Source: Rhizaria sp. SCN 62-66 (taxonomy: Eukaryota). From it: a stretch of DNA of 62,706 bases. The translations under genes were made by a program, and so were the position numbers. Under the pieces are notes generated by a model, which worked only from the letters and a program-made list of their open reading frames with translations, ran no database searches and was not told where the DNA came from. The stretch is from NCBI GenBank assembly GCA_001724265.1, contig MEDY01000067.1, positions 62,001-124,706 of the forward strand. The letters run 5' to 3'. How positions within the stretch are numbered: the first letter of the stretch is position 1; each line of letters opens with the position of its first letter. Of the stretch, positions 35,623 to 50,600 are shown in pieces.

Positions 35623-38600
35623 TTAGTCTAAGGACTTAGACGGCGCTGTGAGATCCACAACAACCATTGGGTCATCAGTCACCTCACGCTCACGCCGCCT
35701 CGCCTCTACCCCCGCGATCGCGTCCTCGGCCGCGGTGCCAGCGTCGTTGGCGCCAAGCTCACGGCCATCGCCCGAGGCGCTGTTTGCAGCTGCAGCCGCT
35801 GCAGCCATCATTGCCTCACGCCGGTGCATGCCCGTTGCGACATCAGTACTTGCGGCCTCGTCGCGGACGAGATCGAACGTGCGAGACCAGGCTGGTGTAG
35901 CGCTAGAGCCCAACACGAGCACTTCATCATGGCTGCGGCGCTCACCAGCTCCAACCTTCTCACCTACAGCATCAGCACCGAGCTTGCCGCTCGCAGTAGT
36001 AGTGTGAGACTTGTTGAAACGCTTGCTGTCGGCAAGGGTCTTCCTGTCATCGCGCATCTTGTGCTCGCGGATCTTGTTTTGGCGCCACTTGCGCATGACA
36101 AGCTGGATGTCGTGGCCGAGAATGTAAGCCTCGCGTAGCTGACGACGGAGTGGCGCAAGCTGCATCTCTTCGCGTTGCAGCACCACAAACGCAGCAACAA
36201 CAACAGCAAAGAAGAAAATAACAAGCACGCAGATGAGAATGGTGGCGACAACCTTGGCCGTGTGCGACACTGTATCGATAAAGAGGAAGTTCGCAAGAAA
36301 GAAAATCATAAATGATGTGCCAAGCGATAAGAATTCCACAGCGCCCGGAATGCGATTCTCAAACGGCTTGGCAAAAATCTGCGCAAGAATGCACGCAAAG
36401 ATGAGCAGTGAGGCCATCATAAGCTGTGTGTGTAGCGCACCAGGGAAGAACACAGCAATAGCAACGAGCGCAGCCTTCCGGAACATTTCAAGAAGGAACC
36501 AGTAGTAGCGTGTGGGCTTGTAACCGCGGTACAGGAACGCCATCTGAGACTCAAAAACCTTCTTTTGTGAGCGTGTAATGTCAGACGCGCCCGTTGCCGG
36601 GGTTTGAATCAACGCGCGGTTGCGATACAAAATGGCCCACGCAAACAGCGGAATGCCGATCACCCAGAAAATAAGCATAGGGACGCCCAAGACAAGGATA
36701 AATAACATGTGCTGCGCCGAGTAGCAGGGCTCGCTGAGATCGCCGAGCATGAAGCTGGCTCCGGGGTCCGCTGCGCCACCAATACTCTTGCAGGAAAGCA
36801 CCATGAAGAATTGGCGAGTGATGTTGGGGTGGATCATGAACATGACGACGGTAATTGCAGTAATAACGTAGCCCGCGAACTCGGAAAAAACGTTGTTTAG
36901 TGCATGTTCTGCAGCATAAAGCTGCTTACGCATTTCAGCGCGCGTAAGCCGGGGTTTCACTGCCTTTGCGCGCTGCTCACGCGCAGCCTCGTACATTCCC
37001 TTGCCCTTGTCCTCACCATATGTAGTGACATACCACATGAGCTGCTTGTGTGCCCGCACGCGCTCAATCGCACGCTCGCGGCGGATGTTTAAATCGCGCA
37101 AAACTTCAGCCTCGTACAACGTCTCGGCAGGCTCGCACGAAACAGCAAACGCGTTTTCCATATCAGCTGCGTCTTGGAGCACGTTTGCGATCTCATAGCT
37201 TGACTCGGTCGAAGCAACGCGCTTTTCAGCATCTGCCTTAATGAGAGCGTCGTCAAAGTCGCCCTGGCTAGTGCGGTAACGGTTAAAGAGAGCAATCCAT
37301 TCTGCACGCACAGTCAGCTCTTGCGCCTTCGTGCGTGTCGAGGCTGCAAGCTCAGCTGCGTAAGCTCCCTCTGCAGCGTCGGCGTTGTCAAGGCGGGCTC
37401 GCATGTCCATGGCAAAGTCATCAAGAATGAGACTGAAATCGCGCGATGCCTGCGGTGCATACTCGCGCAAGTCCACCGCCACGCCGTCCTCGTCTACAAA
37501 CACTGCGTCATCAGCCAGCAACGCGGAGGCTGCGGTCAGGCTCGAGACAGAACCAGATCGTGATAGATCGAATGAAACGCCGGTGTTAGAAGTCTCGGCA
37601 CTATCGAGTAATGTTGCCACTTTGGTGCTGTCGGTATTTGTGGAAGAAACACTCTCGGAGAGAGACGTGCAAGAGTTTTTGCTTGCTGTAAAATCATTGG
37701 CCTTGCGGAGACTCCTGCGCTTACCAATCCGAACAGACTTAGCCGTATTACTGTACGTAAGGCGCAGAGTATCTTGGTGTTCGGTGTCGACATCACCGTC
37801 AGTGAGTGTGTGTGACTGCGAAACGACTCCGCTAAGATCGTCTTTATGATCATCGTCTTCAACAGCATCGGTGAAATCGTTATGCCTGAACTCAAGCTCA
37901 GACGCTGTAAACTCCGCAGGTGCCACGGCGTCTGCACTAGCAACAAGAGTGTCAACAATGCGCTCGATAAAACCATTATTGTCAGTGTTAGTAATGTTTG
38001 AAACGGAAGAAGCTGTTAAGTGCGGAAAAGCGCGCACCGCGCGCTCGCTACGCCACGCCACCTCGTCATTTGCGGCAAATGCGTTCGTGTTGCCGCCAAC
38101 GTTACGAACACCCGATAGAGAGCTCTGTCGGTGCAGATGTGTGAGCGAAAATGATCCAAGCTGAGATGCAGATGGTGAACGGTCACGTTGCGGCTGCGCT
38201 AAAGGACTATCGTTATTGGCCGCAGAACGAAGAAGTGAAAATGAACCAACGCGCGACAGCTGCCCAGTGCGGCTTGCACGCGCCCCGTATGCAACAGTCT
38301 GCGCACCTATGTGTGGACTGTTTTTGTGGTCGTTGCGACTGTTGATGGCAGCATCCGGCACGGAGGTGAATGCGGGGGACATCGCAGGACTGTTTCTCGA
38401 TCCAAATTCAGCGTTGCCACGCGTGATGCCGGTGATGGTTGTCGTTACTGTGGGGACACGGAGGCTGGGGCGCATGAACGGTGAGTTCGCTGCTGCTACA
38501 AGCATTGCCTGGCGCTGACCGTCACGGTCTAAAGCGAATGACGTGCTTTCACCGGTGATTGTAACAGCTCCAAAAACTGGCGACGCGCGGGCGCTGTAAA

Positions 38601-41600
38601 GACCAGTAGATCCTAAGCCGAGTTTGGGGCTGCGATTAATCGCTGCGTCACTCGCTGTGGTAGAAACAGCAGTACTCATGTGGGGCGCGTTGGCGATGAG
38701 TGCAGGTGAAACCTCAAACTCACCAAGAGCGTCATCCTGTTCCTCATTTGCTGCATCGTTGTCTGCACGGCTGTGCGCAGGTGGGCGCACAGGTGGGGGC
38801 AGCGGGGCCCTTACGACATCGCCCGCAGAGTTGGTCATGCGCGACTTTGGAATCATACGGCGCTTCTTGCCAGTACTGGCAAGAGCTGCGCCACCATGGC
38901 CGGCGCCGTTGCCGTTATCACTTGTGCAAACAACGTTGCTTATACTGCCGCGCTGCTGGTTAACACCAGCACCTGGAGAAGACACTTTACTTCCAAAGCT
39001 ACCGCGGCGCAACGAGCTTGCTGTACTAGGCATTGAGGCTGTATCGGGATGGGTCTTCATATGCGAGCTTGCACCATGTACAACTGCCTTCCCAGTGACG
39101 GGATCGGTACCAACAAAGCTTTCGACAGCAATGCCGTCCTTGTCGTCAATGAGATCCCACACAAGTGTGTTTTCGTTTGCCATCTGCTCACGGCGTTGCT
39201 GCAACTGCTCACCACGGTCATGCTTTTCACGGTTCTTGAGCTCAACAATGACTTCGGCCGACAAGGCGCGCTCCTCGACAGCGCGTTTCATCAGCTCCTT
39301 GCGGTACCGGCGACGCGTGCTAAAGTACATTGGTACAAAGACCATAGTGGGGAGTAGAACACCTGCCAGCGGCAGCAGCATAATGCTGATTGTGGTCACC
39401 CAGAAAGGCTGCACCGCAGGGTTTTCCTCTAAGAAACAATCAAGAGACAAAAACGCAGTACCGACTCCGCCCGCAGTGTCAGTAGTATCAAAGACGTCAG
39501 CAAGGAAGCCAGGCCACTGAAGGTCGTAGCGTGCGGCAATAGACATCACCTGCAAACCGGAAGTGGCGACCTTGAGCAGCAGCGGTACAGCGGGCGCGGG
39601 TAGCTCATTCATGGACTGCTTACCGTCAATAATCTGTTTCCACACCAGCACAGTGCAGACCGCAATTGCACCAATAATTGCCAGCACAAGGAGGAAGGTA
39701 CGTAAAGCGGGTCCATTACAGCGCGCACATTCAAAAGATGAGCTCTTGCCATATCCTGGGAGGCAGATCGCGCATAGGTTGCCGGTGTGGCCTTCAAGGC
39801 ACACATCATGTCCCCGGCAGGCGCTATTAATACACAGCTCAAACGATGGCGTTGCAAACCGTTCGAAGTTCGCTTTACGCAATAATCCGTCACCTGTTAA
39901 CACAGGTGACCCGTCCTTCGACAATAACATCGCTGAATTTGTCGTAAGTTGCTCAACCACGCGCTGATACAGCGCTTCGCTTGAGTTCTCGAGTGAGTAC
40001 GCACCAGATGCGCTGGGATACACATCGATGTCAACAACTGCAACCAAAGCATATGCATCGCGCAAAGAAACTGATGTGTCTCCGCCATTATTACGTTTCG
40101 CAAGCTCTATATTAGAAATAAATTCGTTGCTCTTGTTGCCAGTCTTATTGGCTGCACCATTTTTAGCGGCCTCCTCAGCAGAAAGCTTCGCATCCCTAAG
40201 CTCACCTTCGGTTAAAAACTCAAGTCCTACAAGCACGATACGGTCCAGTGGCAAGTCTGAGTTGTCGTAGAGGAGCTTTGTAACTGTGGCACGAGCTGCC
40301 TTGCGTGCTTCCTCTGTTGAACTAACTGCGGGCACATACAGCCGTATGCGAACCACACTATCACGCTCATGACGAATCACAGAAGGCGCGTAGCCTGTCA
40401 GGGACTGAATGTTGAAGATTGTTGTTCCAGGCGAAGTACAATCGCCGCCAAGCATGCATTTTGTGCACACGCCGTCGGCATTCAAGTACGTGCCAACCGT
40501 ACAACGGCAGAACGTGTAGTCCTCGTTGCTCTCTGCTGCAAGTGGACACGCCTCACAGGCCGAAGAGCCCTCAAACTGAGCAAACGTGCCAGGCGGGCAC
40601 TGTGTGCATGCACCGGAGCGCTCACCTGAAAAGGTACCACGCGGGCATACGCCACATGACTGCGATCCAAGATCAGAATAATGGCCGGCGGGACAGACGG
40701 TGCAGCTGGTTGCGCCAGTGGTGTTGGAATAGAGACCGGGCGAGCACTGGCGGCACGCGGTCTGCGACCACATATCATTAAAGTAACCCGTCTCGCATGG
40801 AAGGCACATAACGTCAACGCCGTACTGGCCAGGCGAACATTGCACATACGACAGTAAGATGTTTTCAAGAGACATTGTGCCGTAGCGCTGAAGCAGTGTA
40901 ACTGTACGCTCACTAGCAGAGCCAGTAGGTGTGATGCAGGTCACGCGCTCATGCGGCCGCGTGGTGTCGTGAGTAACGTTAAGGCAGTTTTGTCCACCGA
41001 CCATAATAGTTGATGCTGTTGCACCAAAATTGTGACCTGTGAGCTCAATTGTGTTGCCACCTAAACGGTTACATTCGCGGATATATACATCAGACACACG
41101 GTCGCAGCCGCGAATGCCAGAAATCGTGGGACTTGCGTATGACAGGCGGTTGCGCGACTCGGTACGCTGCGAGCCAGCCTTTACTGTGACGGACAACGAC
41201 TCACCGGCGCCAACAGGCAGTGAGCATGTAAAGTACGTGTTGTTTGCGCGTTCAAGAGAAGTGCACTGACGACCGCTAATAATAAGCGACAACGGCTCAA
41301 GGAAGCCAGTGCCAGTAACCGCCAGCCGAACATCACCACCATCGGTGGGGCAGCCCGTGGTGCGACCGTTGAGGATGTCATCTGTTACGCAGCCGTAGAC
41401 AGACGTGACCTCGGGAATTTGCGGGTACGAATATCTGTCACTAGACACTGTACAGCGACCTGCAATGCAAAGTCGGAAGCGCAAGTCAATTAGGTTCACG
41501 CGGTCTTGAGTATGACACGCAATAACCATCGTGTATCCGCTGTACAACTCTGACATAAGGTGATTAAAGTCGCATATGTACGGGAAATCAGTCTCTGTTA

Positions 41601-44600
41601 GCGCCTCGCCATAACGCATTGTAATTAGCTGCGGCCGCTCGAGATAAAAGTTGCTTACGGCCAGAATAATATCCTCGCCAAGTGAAGTTTGACTAACGTA
41701 TTCGTCGGTCATTTGCGTCAGACCGCTGATTGTCACGCTTTGCAGAGTCCTTGGAATAAACGCTGACATGGGGTAGGTCACACGCACACGCTCATTAATA
41801 GGTATTTGCTCCATATCAATTGTGCCGCGTGTGCCTTGCCAGTCCCAGTTCCAGCGCGTGCAGTCTGGCTCGCTGCGGCCGTACACGGTCACGCAGTATT
41901 GAAGCGATACATAAAGTCCCTCACCTTGTCCCGGAGACAGCTCACACGAAACGTCGTAAAAATTGAAGCCTGCTGCCGCACGCGCAGCTTCAGTTGCCGC
42001 AGTCACCTCAACATTTGTGCACTCATACTGCAGCATTGCGGGGTCGTCATAAAGCGCCTTGTCAGGGTTGAGATAGCGCACACGACTAAAGTATGGCTCT
42101 ACAAGACCTGCACCAGCGCGTACGGCGAACTTAATGCGCTGGCCACCAGCTGTGCTACTCGGCTTAAAGATGTTCTCAACAGAGTCAAAGAGCGCATTAC
42201 CAGAGGTCGCGTAAGGAAGATATGGCACAGTGGTAACGAGCGGAACACAAATATAACTACCAAACGTGTTCACACACTGTGACTGAGTACCGTGCAGCGC
42301 TGTGCAATTAACAAAGTAGCGGCCATTAAAGACTGTCGCGTCGCATTCATTAATATCGGAGCATGTGGGCTCAGCGGGCGTCCACTGGCGTGTCGAACTA
42401 CACGTGCGAATAAAAGTATTGTTACCGCTGCTAACAGAAAATCCGGGCTTGCAATTGTAAGTAGCCGTAGCGGCAAGGCGTGTGGGGCCCTTAGATGTAA
42501 GAGCGTCCCATGTATACTCGATTGGTAGCGCATTATCAATTTCAATCCGTGAAATGGCACCACAGTCAATCGGGAGACAACGTGGCGGGTCAATTGGCAG
42601 CCAGCCTTGGTCGCGTGACCCACAAATGCGGGTGTTGGCAACAAGGATATCGTTATTGTCGCGTGTCTCGTAACCTGGTCCACAGGTGTACGTTGCTACA
42701 GTACCATACTGTGGCGTTGCGGCGCCATTAATGTTGAAATACGTAATTGAAGCGACGTTACTTGTGCCTGTCAATGTGCTACATTCGTTGATAATGCACT
42801 GCGGTAGCGTGACAGGTAACCAACCGTTTGGCGTGCATTCGCGACGGCCCACCTCGATTGTGGCACCGGCAACAGTTGTAGTAGGCAAGTAATACTTGGT
42901 GTCGATGTCAACGCCGGGGTACATCAGATTAAAGCCAGAATTACAGCGATACTCAATGATGGAGTTGTTGGAAAATGCGCCGTTGACACCAGTTGTGATC
43001 TCCTGTACCTGTCCGCTGGGAAACACAGCTGGAGAAGTACATTGGTATGGCTGGCAAGTGCGAGGCGCTCCAGACCAATTGCCGTTGGCCATACATGAAA
43101 TGCTGTTGCCCTGGGGTGTAACTGTTGCGCCGTACGCGCATGTATAGGTTGCAGTAACGCCGTATAAATTCAACAGCTCCGCAGGCTCCTGCTTGATTGA
43201 TCCGTAAAAAATTGACTCAAGCGACGGACACGGCACTGGCTGGCAGCGCGGTGCAAGTACTGGGAGCCATCCCTCATCGTACACGCACGTCCGCGTGCGC
43301 GAGCCATTCGGGTCAACCCAGCTGTAACCGTCAGCACAGCTATACTCGGCGACCGTATCCACAAAGAAGAACCCGGTAGTCTTATCAGCCGTTGTGACCT
43401 TCCCGTTAAGCGAAAAAACGATCGGCTTCTGAGTTGACGTGTCATGTGAGATCTGTAAACACATGTTAGTGCGACACACCGGCGGAGTGCCACTCCATGT
43501 GCGGTCTGCACGGCACGTAAGAGTGAGACTGCCCGAGCCAAGAGTGTGGCCTGGCAAGCACTCATAAGTTGCTGTAGAAAGATAACGACGCATACCGTTA
43601 GGTGTCGGGCTATAGATTGGCTGGAGTGTGTTGGCACCCACAGTTAATGCCGGACAAGTAACAGCCATGCACGTGGGTGCAGTGGTTTGCGACCAACCTG
43701 AGGGCGTGCAGCGCAACGATGCTGAGGTGCCCGAGGATTCGTAACCTTCAGCGCATCCGTATGCAAGCACAGCACCATACGTTGTTGCACCACCGTCGTC
43801 GCCAGTGACCGAGACCGTCGGCCCAGTCACGGTCTTATTGTCCGCAGCTGGCGCCACGCCACAGTTGTGAATTACGCAGGACGGCTGTGCCTCACTCCAG
43901 CCAGCAGCTTGGCACGTGGCACTCCAGCTGCACGGTAGTGTCGCACATGTCACCACACTGCCAGCACTTGTCACGAGGTCGTATCCCGTCTCACAAGACG
44001 CAGTAGCGCGGGAAAGATATGCCATCGCACCAAAGCCGTTGTTGTCGTAGATTGTGTTGCCATGAGTAAGCTTTGGCATTGCACCGCAGTCAATGAACAT
44101 TACGCTGATTTCGCTACTCGTGACAGGAAGGAACTCAATTTCGCTGGAGTACTCAAACCTAAACCGCGGCTTTACCGCGCCTTCCACAGGAACACCGGCA
44201 CCGTTAACCGTCTGCTGCCAGCAGCGCACCCAGAGTGAGATTGCATTGACCGCACTGATTGTAATAAGGAATGAAGCAGTCTCGTTAACAGCTGTCCATG
44301 ACGTCTCTGCGGGCACTGTTGAGCTTGAACCGGATTGGCGCGCAACGGAACAATTGGCAAATGCCGAGTTGGTTGACACGCGCACCACAGTCAACTGGCC
44401 AACACCCGCGATTGCGCCCAAGGGCAGCACGCCCAGCTCTATAAGCGCGGCCTCGCGTGCATGCAGTGTTGATGGTAGGTTGCGCAGCTCGAAGCGATTT
44501 CGCGCTGAAAATACGCCCGTGATGTGCGTACTTGCAAATATCGTGCTCGAATCACGAGGACCCAGTGCCACTGCAATGTAATGTGTGACCGTGCTGCAGA

Positions 44601-47600
44601 GTAAGAAGGCGTAGACTGTGTCCGTGTCAGCCGGGACAGTAACATCAACGTTCGGAGAAACTGCGACGCCGTCAGTCGAAACAGTGCCAGTCCCGTCTAA
44701 AAATGTGAGCCCAACGCCACAGGCTGTGACGTTCACGGACAACTTCATATCAGCGGCCTGGGGCCAAGTCGGCACAACACGGACACGAAGTACGTGGGGC
44801 ACTGCGACAGCGACGTTGACATAAGATGATGCGGTGCCAGGGAACTGAGTGTACGCTGGCAAGGCGGCATCTTCCGTCCAAACGGCGCCGCGCACGCGGA
44901 AAGGTGCGGATGAGAACGAATCGTAAAGCTCCTCATTGTTATACGCTTGAATAAAGGCACTGCTTTCAAGTGAAACATCACAAATCATTGCAACTCCAAC
45001 CATAACCATGGTTGGAGTGAAAATTAGTGTGTTTTCGCGCGTGTCATCCGCAATATCTGCGTCAGTCTCACCATAAAAGCGACAACTTGGCACAATCACT
45101 TTGTTCGGGCCTGTGACTACGGCAAATGTCAAAGTGACGGACTCCGCCGGCAACGGGTTGAGCACAAACCGCATAACCCAGCGGCGTAGTGAAAATATCT
45201 CGCCTGTAAAAGCAGAAGTGGCGGCGACACCGGACGTTGTCATAGACACCGAGCCACGCAGTTGCATTGGCATTGACACAAGTGGCACATATGGACTACC
45301 CGAAGCAATCTCGGCAACAATAGAAAAGCTCTCGTTCTTTGGTAGCTCACAAGAAATCAACACATCGTGTTCAGTTTCGCCCAGCACGGCGGAGACCTGC
45401 GCATTGCTACCCAATAATTCGGAGCCACCACCCGCCTTAGTAATGGAAAACTGGCAGCCTGACATTGCAGAGGTCATCCTCAGGTTGATTAAAGTAAGTG
45501 CCACCACGGCGGGCTGCATGCGGATGCGGAATGTTGTCATATTTGTTAGTGGCGCGCGAAGATAATATGGTTTGGTCAACGTGGGCTGGGATCCAACGGG
45601 TTTGCTAGACAGTTGGACACGTGCTGCCATGTCAGTCACATCCAGAGAACTTCCTACGATACCGGTTGGTAACCGGAACTCGAGAGACATGCGGCCGTAT
45701 GTAACCGTTGGACCCAGGTTAAATGGCATGTAAGCGGCGGTCTCAAGTGCAATAAGCGATCCAACTGAATGAGGACGACTGCAAATGAGTCCGAACACAA
45801 GTTCGTCGGCAAGATCCGTGTGCTGCCACTGAATTGTGCGCTGCATCCGTGATGTGTCGCCCGTCAGGCTAAACAGACAACTGGCCATTGTCGTTGATTG
45901 TAGCACCCGCACAAGAACAGGTTCCTCTGGCAGCGGATCAAAAGTCACACGCACACGGTAGTAGTCACCTGCCAAGTAGTAGGGTTGATTGTTATCAGCG
46001 AGATCCAATTGCTCCACAACCAGGTTACCCTTGGTTTGCAGCGGTGCGGAGACCACTGTCACAAACGAGTAAAGTCCTTCACTCCGCACGACCACAGACG
46101 GTGGAGTTTGAGCTGGTGCATCGCACGAAAGTATCATCTTACATTGTCCATGTGCGTCTGTTACGCAGTTGTTGGCGCCGATAAAAGTGCATTTGCCGCT
46201 CTGAATAGGGATTTCAGCGATGACAGCGACTCCAGCTGTTAAAGGAGCAGTCGTAATAACAAGCGCATGTGGCACGTACAGCGGGACTGAGACTTCAGCG
46301 ACGGCCTTCGGTCCAGCAATAAAAGTGACAGCGGCGCTGTTATCGGCCTGCAACGTCAGAATAAAATCACCACTAACGTGGAACGGGCCAGTCAAATTCT
46401 GAACAGATGTGACGTTATCACTTGCCAAACGTGACACAATCAAAGAAACGTTTGCTCGAGGCTCCAAGCACTCAAACAGCACAGTGTTAGTACCCGTCAG
46501 ATTTGTGATCACAAAATCAAACTCGTTGCCCAGTGTCTCTCCACTGCTGCTACTAAATGCACACGCATCACGGTTATCAGATGTAACGTGCAGCAGTGTG
46601 TTGACAGCCTTATAAAATGCGTATTCAACGCGCAACGCCTGCGGTTGTGTCTTGAAATTTACGTTGTCAATCAGAACATCGCCCGCAGGCTGAACCAGCG
46701 AGCGCACCTGCATGCGGTTGCCTACAATAAGCTCAAAGACACCGGTGTTAATAGAGGAACCACGCAGTGGTGTGCCCTTAAGAACTGTGTAGCGCACATG
46801 CACTGTAAAAAGAACGGCACTAACATCACACAACGCGTAGACATTAATGGTGGTCGCGCCAATCTGTGTCTCACTTACGTACCGATTAAGACTAATGCCG
46901 TTACTGATATCGCCTGCATCAAAAGCCGCTTGTGAACCAGTCATGTGGTCGAGAGCGGTCTTATCTACAGAAAGGGCGCACCTCACGTCTTCATTTAGCA
47001 CCTCGTAGAGTAGTAACGTCTTGTGTGACAGCGGACGCGCGGGCAATAACGACAAACGTGCCGTAGTGAGCGTGGCAACCAGACCTCCTTCGGGCCATAC
47101 ATTCTGCGTAACTCCGATGTACGCCGTGATCACGTTACCGTTTAGCACGTCATAGCCACTGCCTGCGGCGTCAGGGGCGGAGATCTGAAGCTCGACAAGT
47201 TCCTCGTGAGCGACAGGGCGTGAGCACTTAATCTTTAGCAATTGCTGGTCCGATAGCAGAAGTGAGAGTGAAGAAACATTACTTGGCACAATGTGACACG
47301 CCATCTGCGGCAGCGGAATGCCATAACGCGTCATAGTTAAGTCCACATTAAGCGCAATAGTTGGTGTTGGACTCGCGATAAGTGTGACTTCATACTCATT
47401 GTTAGCAGAGAACACAAATGGTTCGTTGCTTGAGCTTCCTTGCAGGAAAAGCGTGCCAATAACAGGTCGCATTATTGAGCTTACAACGATCATTGCGGCA
47501 GTAGCGCGGGGGTGTAACACTGCCGCTGCAAGTGCTACACCCGCAGGGTTCGGTGTTGCACAAGTCATACCTGTAAGGTCAAGACTCAGCAGATAACTGC

Positions 47601-50600
47601 TGAACTGTGTTGGAGCAATTATGATGCTACTCCCAGTTGAAAACACACAGTCAGTGCTACTCACATCCAAAACGACTGTGATATTTTCAGCTGGCGGCAC
47701 ATCCCAAGAGGACTGAACCACAACTGCAACATTTGCAGGCACTGTAGGTGGGTCGATGGTCACTGTAGAGCCCTGTGCAACGCGGAGAGCTATGGTGATT
47801 GTGGGTGCAACGGCAAATGCGGCTGACTGCCACTTTGAATCGATGTCGGTGAATAGAGTGCGGATAATAAACATATTGCTTCCTGCCGACTCGGACGCCG
47901 TTGTGCAGCGGATTGTCAGGGGGTCAGACAGGACAAAACCGGCTTTGACAACAAACCCTGTTACATGGCGTGAGCGCACAGATGTAAAGAGACATGGAGC
48001 TACGTAGTCGTCGGGATCGCTGCCTGGGCCATCTCCATCGCCCACGCGACCGATACTAAGACTAACGGTGGTTGTTGGCAGCGTTTGCGAAAGCGGTTTG
48101 ATGCAAATCTTGTAGTCGACAAGAGCTAAAAGCACGGTGGGCATGGCCATACCCGTGTTGCAGTCGACGAGCAACACGTTAACCTCTTTGCGAACCACAG
48201 GCATACGCGGCGAATAGAACATAGGCAGTGCCCTGTTCCAGACTTCGAGCGAGACTGGAGATGGCTGCGCCTCAGAGGAAACGCGGAACTCAGCATACAG
48301 AGCAGTCTCACCAACCATGGAGGCACTACCTGATGTGACATTGCTGATTGTGACCTTAAGGGGTTTTGTCGTATTAACACAGTCAGGTTGGAAAGAAGAG
48401 TAAACAATGTTTCCAGCAATTAAGACTGGGTCGACGCAAGAGTTAACACCCGAGTCAATCATCATCGTGGTCGAATCACGAATCAAAGTTGATTGAGGAA
48501 AAGTAACCGCATAAAATACGGCAGCATAAATGTTCAATGGAGGCGGTTGAAGTGTAAACGTCGCAGGACCTTCAATGCCTGCGACCGTAGGCATCGCTGC
48601 CGGGGTGACAACGGGTGCAATTGTTGCTACTGGAATCGAAGACAGGCTCGCCTTGCTGTCACTGGCGCTGAACAGCAGTAAGTGCGATCCAAGATGAGAA
48701 TAAGCGATAGATTTAAGTCCACTCATTGCGTAGTTAGCCCAAATACGTGCTGGGCTATTGTTGAATGATAGCTCACTAAGTGTCCCAGTCACTGGATCCA
48801 CAGAAAATGAGGCGACACGCGCGTCGCTGCACGCAAATGTCAGCAGCGTCTGTACTGGATGCAGTGCAAGTGAATTTACGTGGCAACCCGCGTGGACAGC
48901 CGACTTGGTAACACCCAGCAGGCCTGGCCCCGCGGCACTGGGCGTGAGGATGTAGAACTCACCATCAGCTGTCGACACGTACGCCACAGCGTTGCCACGG
49001 AGCGACACGACAGCAGTGATCTCAGAGTTCGGCGATACTAACACAGCGTCCTGGCACTGTAGCAACGTTTGTAAATTGGTCGCAGCAACAACGTCGATGC
49101 TAGCTCTTGGGCCAGCGCAGAGACGCACGTAACCGCTACTAAATGCGAAAACCAAAATAGCGGTGGTGTCAGCGGGGAAGACGCGATTATTTCCGGACTC
49201 CGTAAAGTCGACTACCCCGGCAAGCTGACGCCCAGTCTCTGCTGTTGTCACGATGACAGCTTGCAAATCCTCGCTGAAGACATCAGTGACACCATACGAT
49301 GCAAGAAACGCGCCTGTAAGGGAGTCAAGGCCTGTGACAGTCTGTGCGCTTATGTCTTCAGTGTTTGCACGACGAACGCCAAGAAGATTGAGATTCTTTC
49401 CAAAAAAGAAAACGATGTTTGATTTGCTGAACAACGAGGATGTGATGTGTACAAGTTCGAGCAGCGCCAGGTCCGCCACAGGGTCTGAGTGATAGTGCGA
49501 GTACAGAGGTGGGTAGCTGGGATCGGTCAGACCAGTTACCTCCGAGAAACTGCTTGATACGTAATATGGCAGTGAGTCACCAGCAAAAATGACCGCAGTG
49601 TCCGAAGAAGTCGAAATAAGCAAGTTGTTGAAGGGACGTGATGGACCATAAATGATGTCGTTATAATCGAAATATGAGCTATCTGCAGCTAACGAATTCT
49701 CGTATACGTAAAAGCAATGCATATATTTGTCGAACACAACGCAACTTGTAGAGTACGATTGCATCCAATTGACTGAGCTAAATACCCCAATATCGGTCGA
49801 GCTCGCAACGGGTGTCGTTGTCAAAGCACTTGACGTGGCTACTGGTAGGGCAGGTAAAGGCAATGGCCAAAGGTCGTATACTATGTGCGCAGCGGTGGCC
49901 ACACACGAAGAACCAACACCACATGTAGGATTTGTGAGCTCGGCTCTTAAAGTCACGAAGGAACTGCCGCCAAAAGTGTCTGAAAGTGACTTTACGTTTG
50001 CAGCAATCTCAAGGCGGTAAGCATCATCCCGCACAAACTGTGCCTGAGTCGTGCTGAATGCACACTTCCTATCAAAAACGACGCAGATATACGTAAAGCT
50101 CACACCACCTATTGTTGTTCCACTACCAGTGCTCTCTACGGACAAATCAAACGGCCCTTCAAAAATAAGTGTGAAGGTCTTGGTTGCAACAACACCAAGA
50201 TCAGCGGTGAACGCAACGTCGAGCTGCGTACTTGTCCCTGATGCGCGCGACCTCAGCGATAGACGCTGGAATGTCAGTGACAAAAACGATGAGGATGTGT
50301 CCGGAAGCCCAAACAGCGCAGAAACAGTGGATTTGGTCGGGTGTGATGAATGGAATTTCACACGCAATGCAGACAAACCATTCAGATTTGCGTCAATGTG
50401 CGTTGTTAGAGGATTCATCACGTTTGGCGCCCAAACAAGTGGGTGGATTGTTGCGTTAAACGCAATGTGTGTTTTGTTTGCGGTGAAAAGTGGAACGACC
50501 TCATACTCCAAGAAATGGTTAGAATCAGAGATAATGACAACCCGACTGGCCGAGCCAAGATCCCAGTCAATTTTGCCACGCACGACAGAAGAGTCTTTCA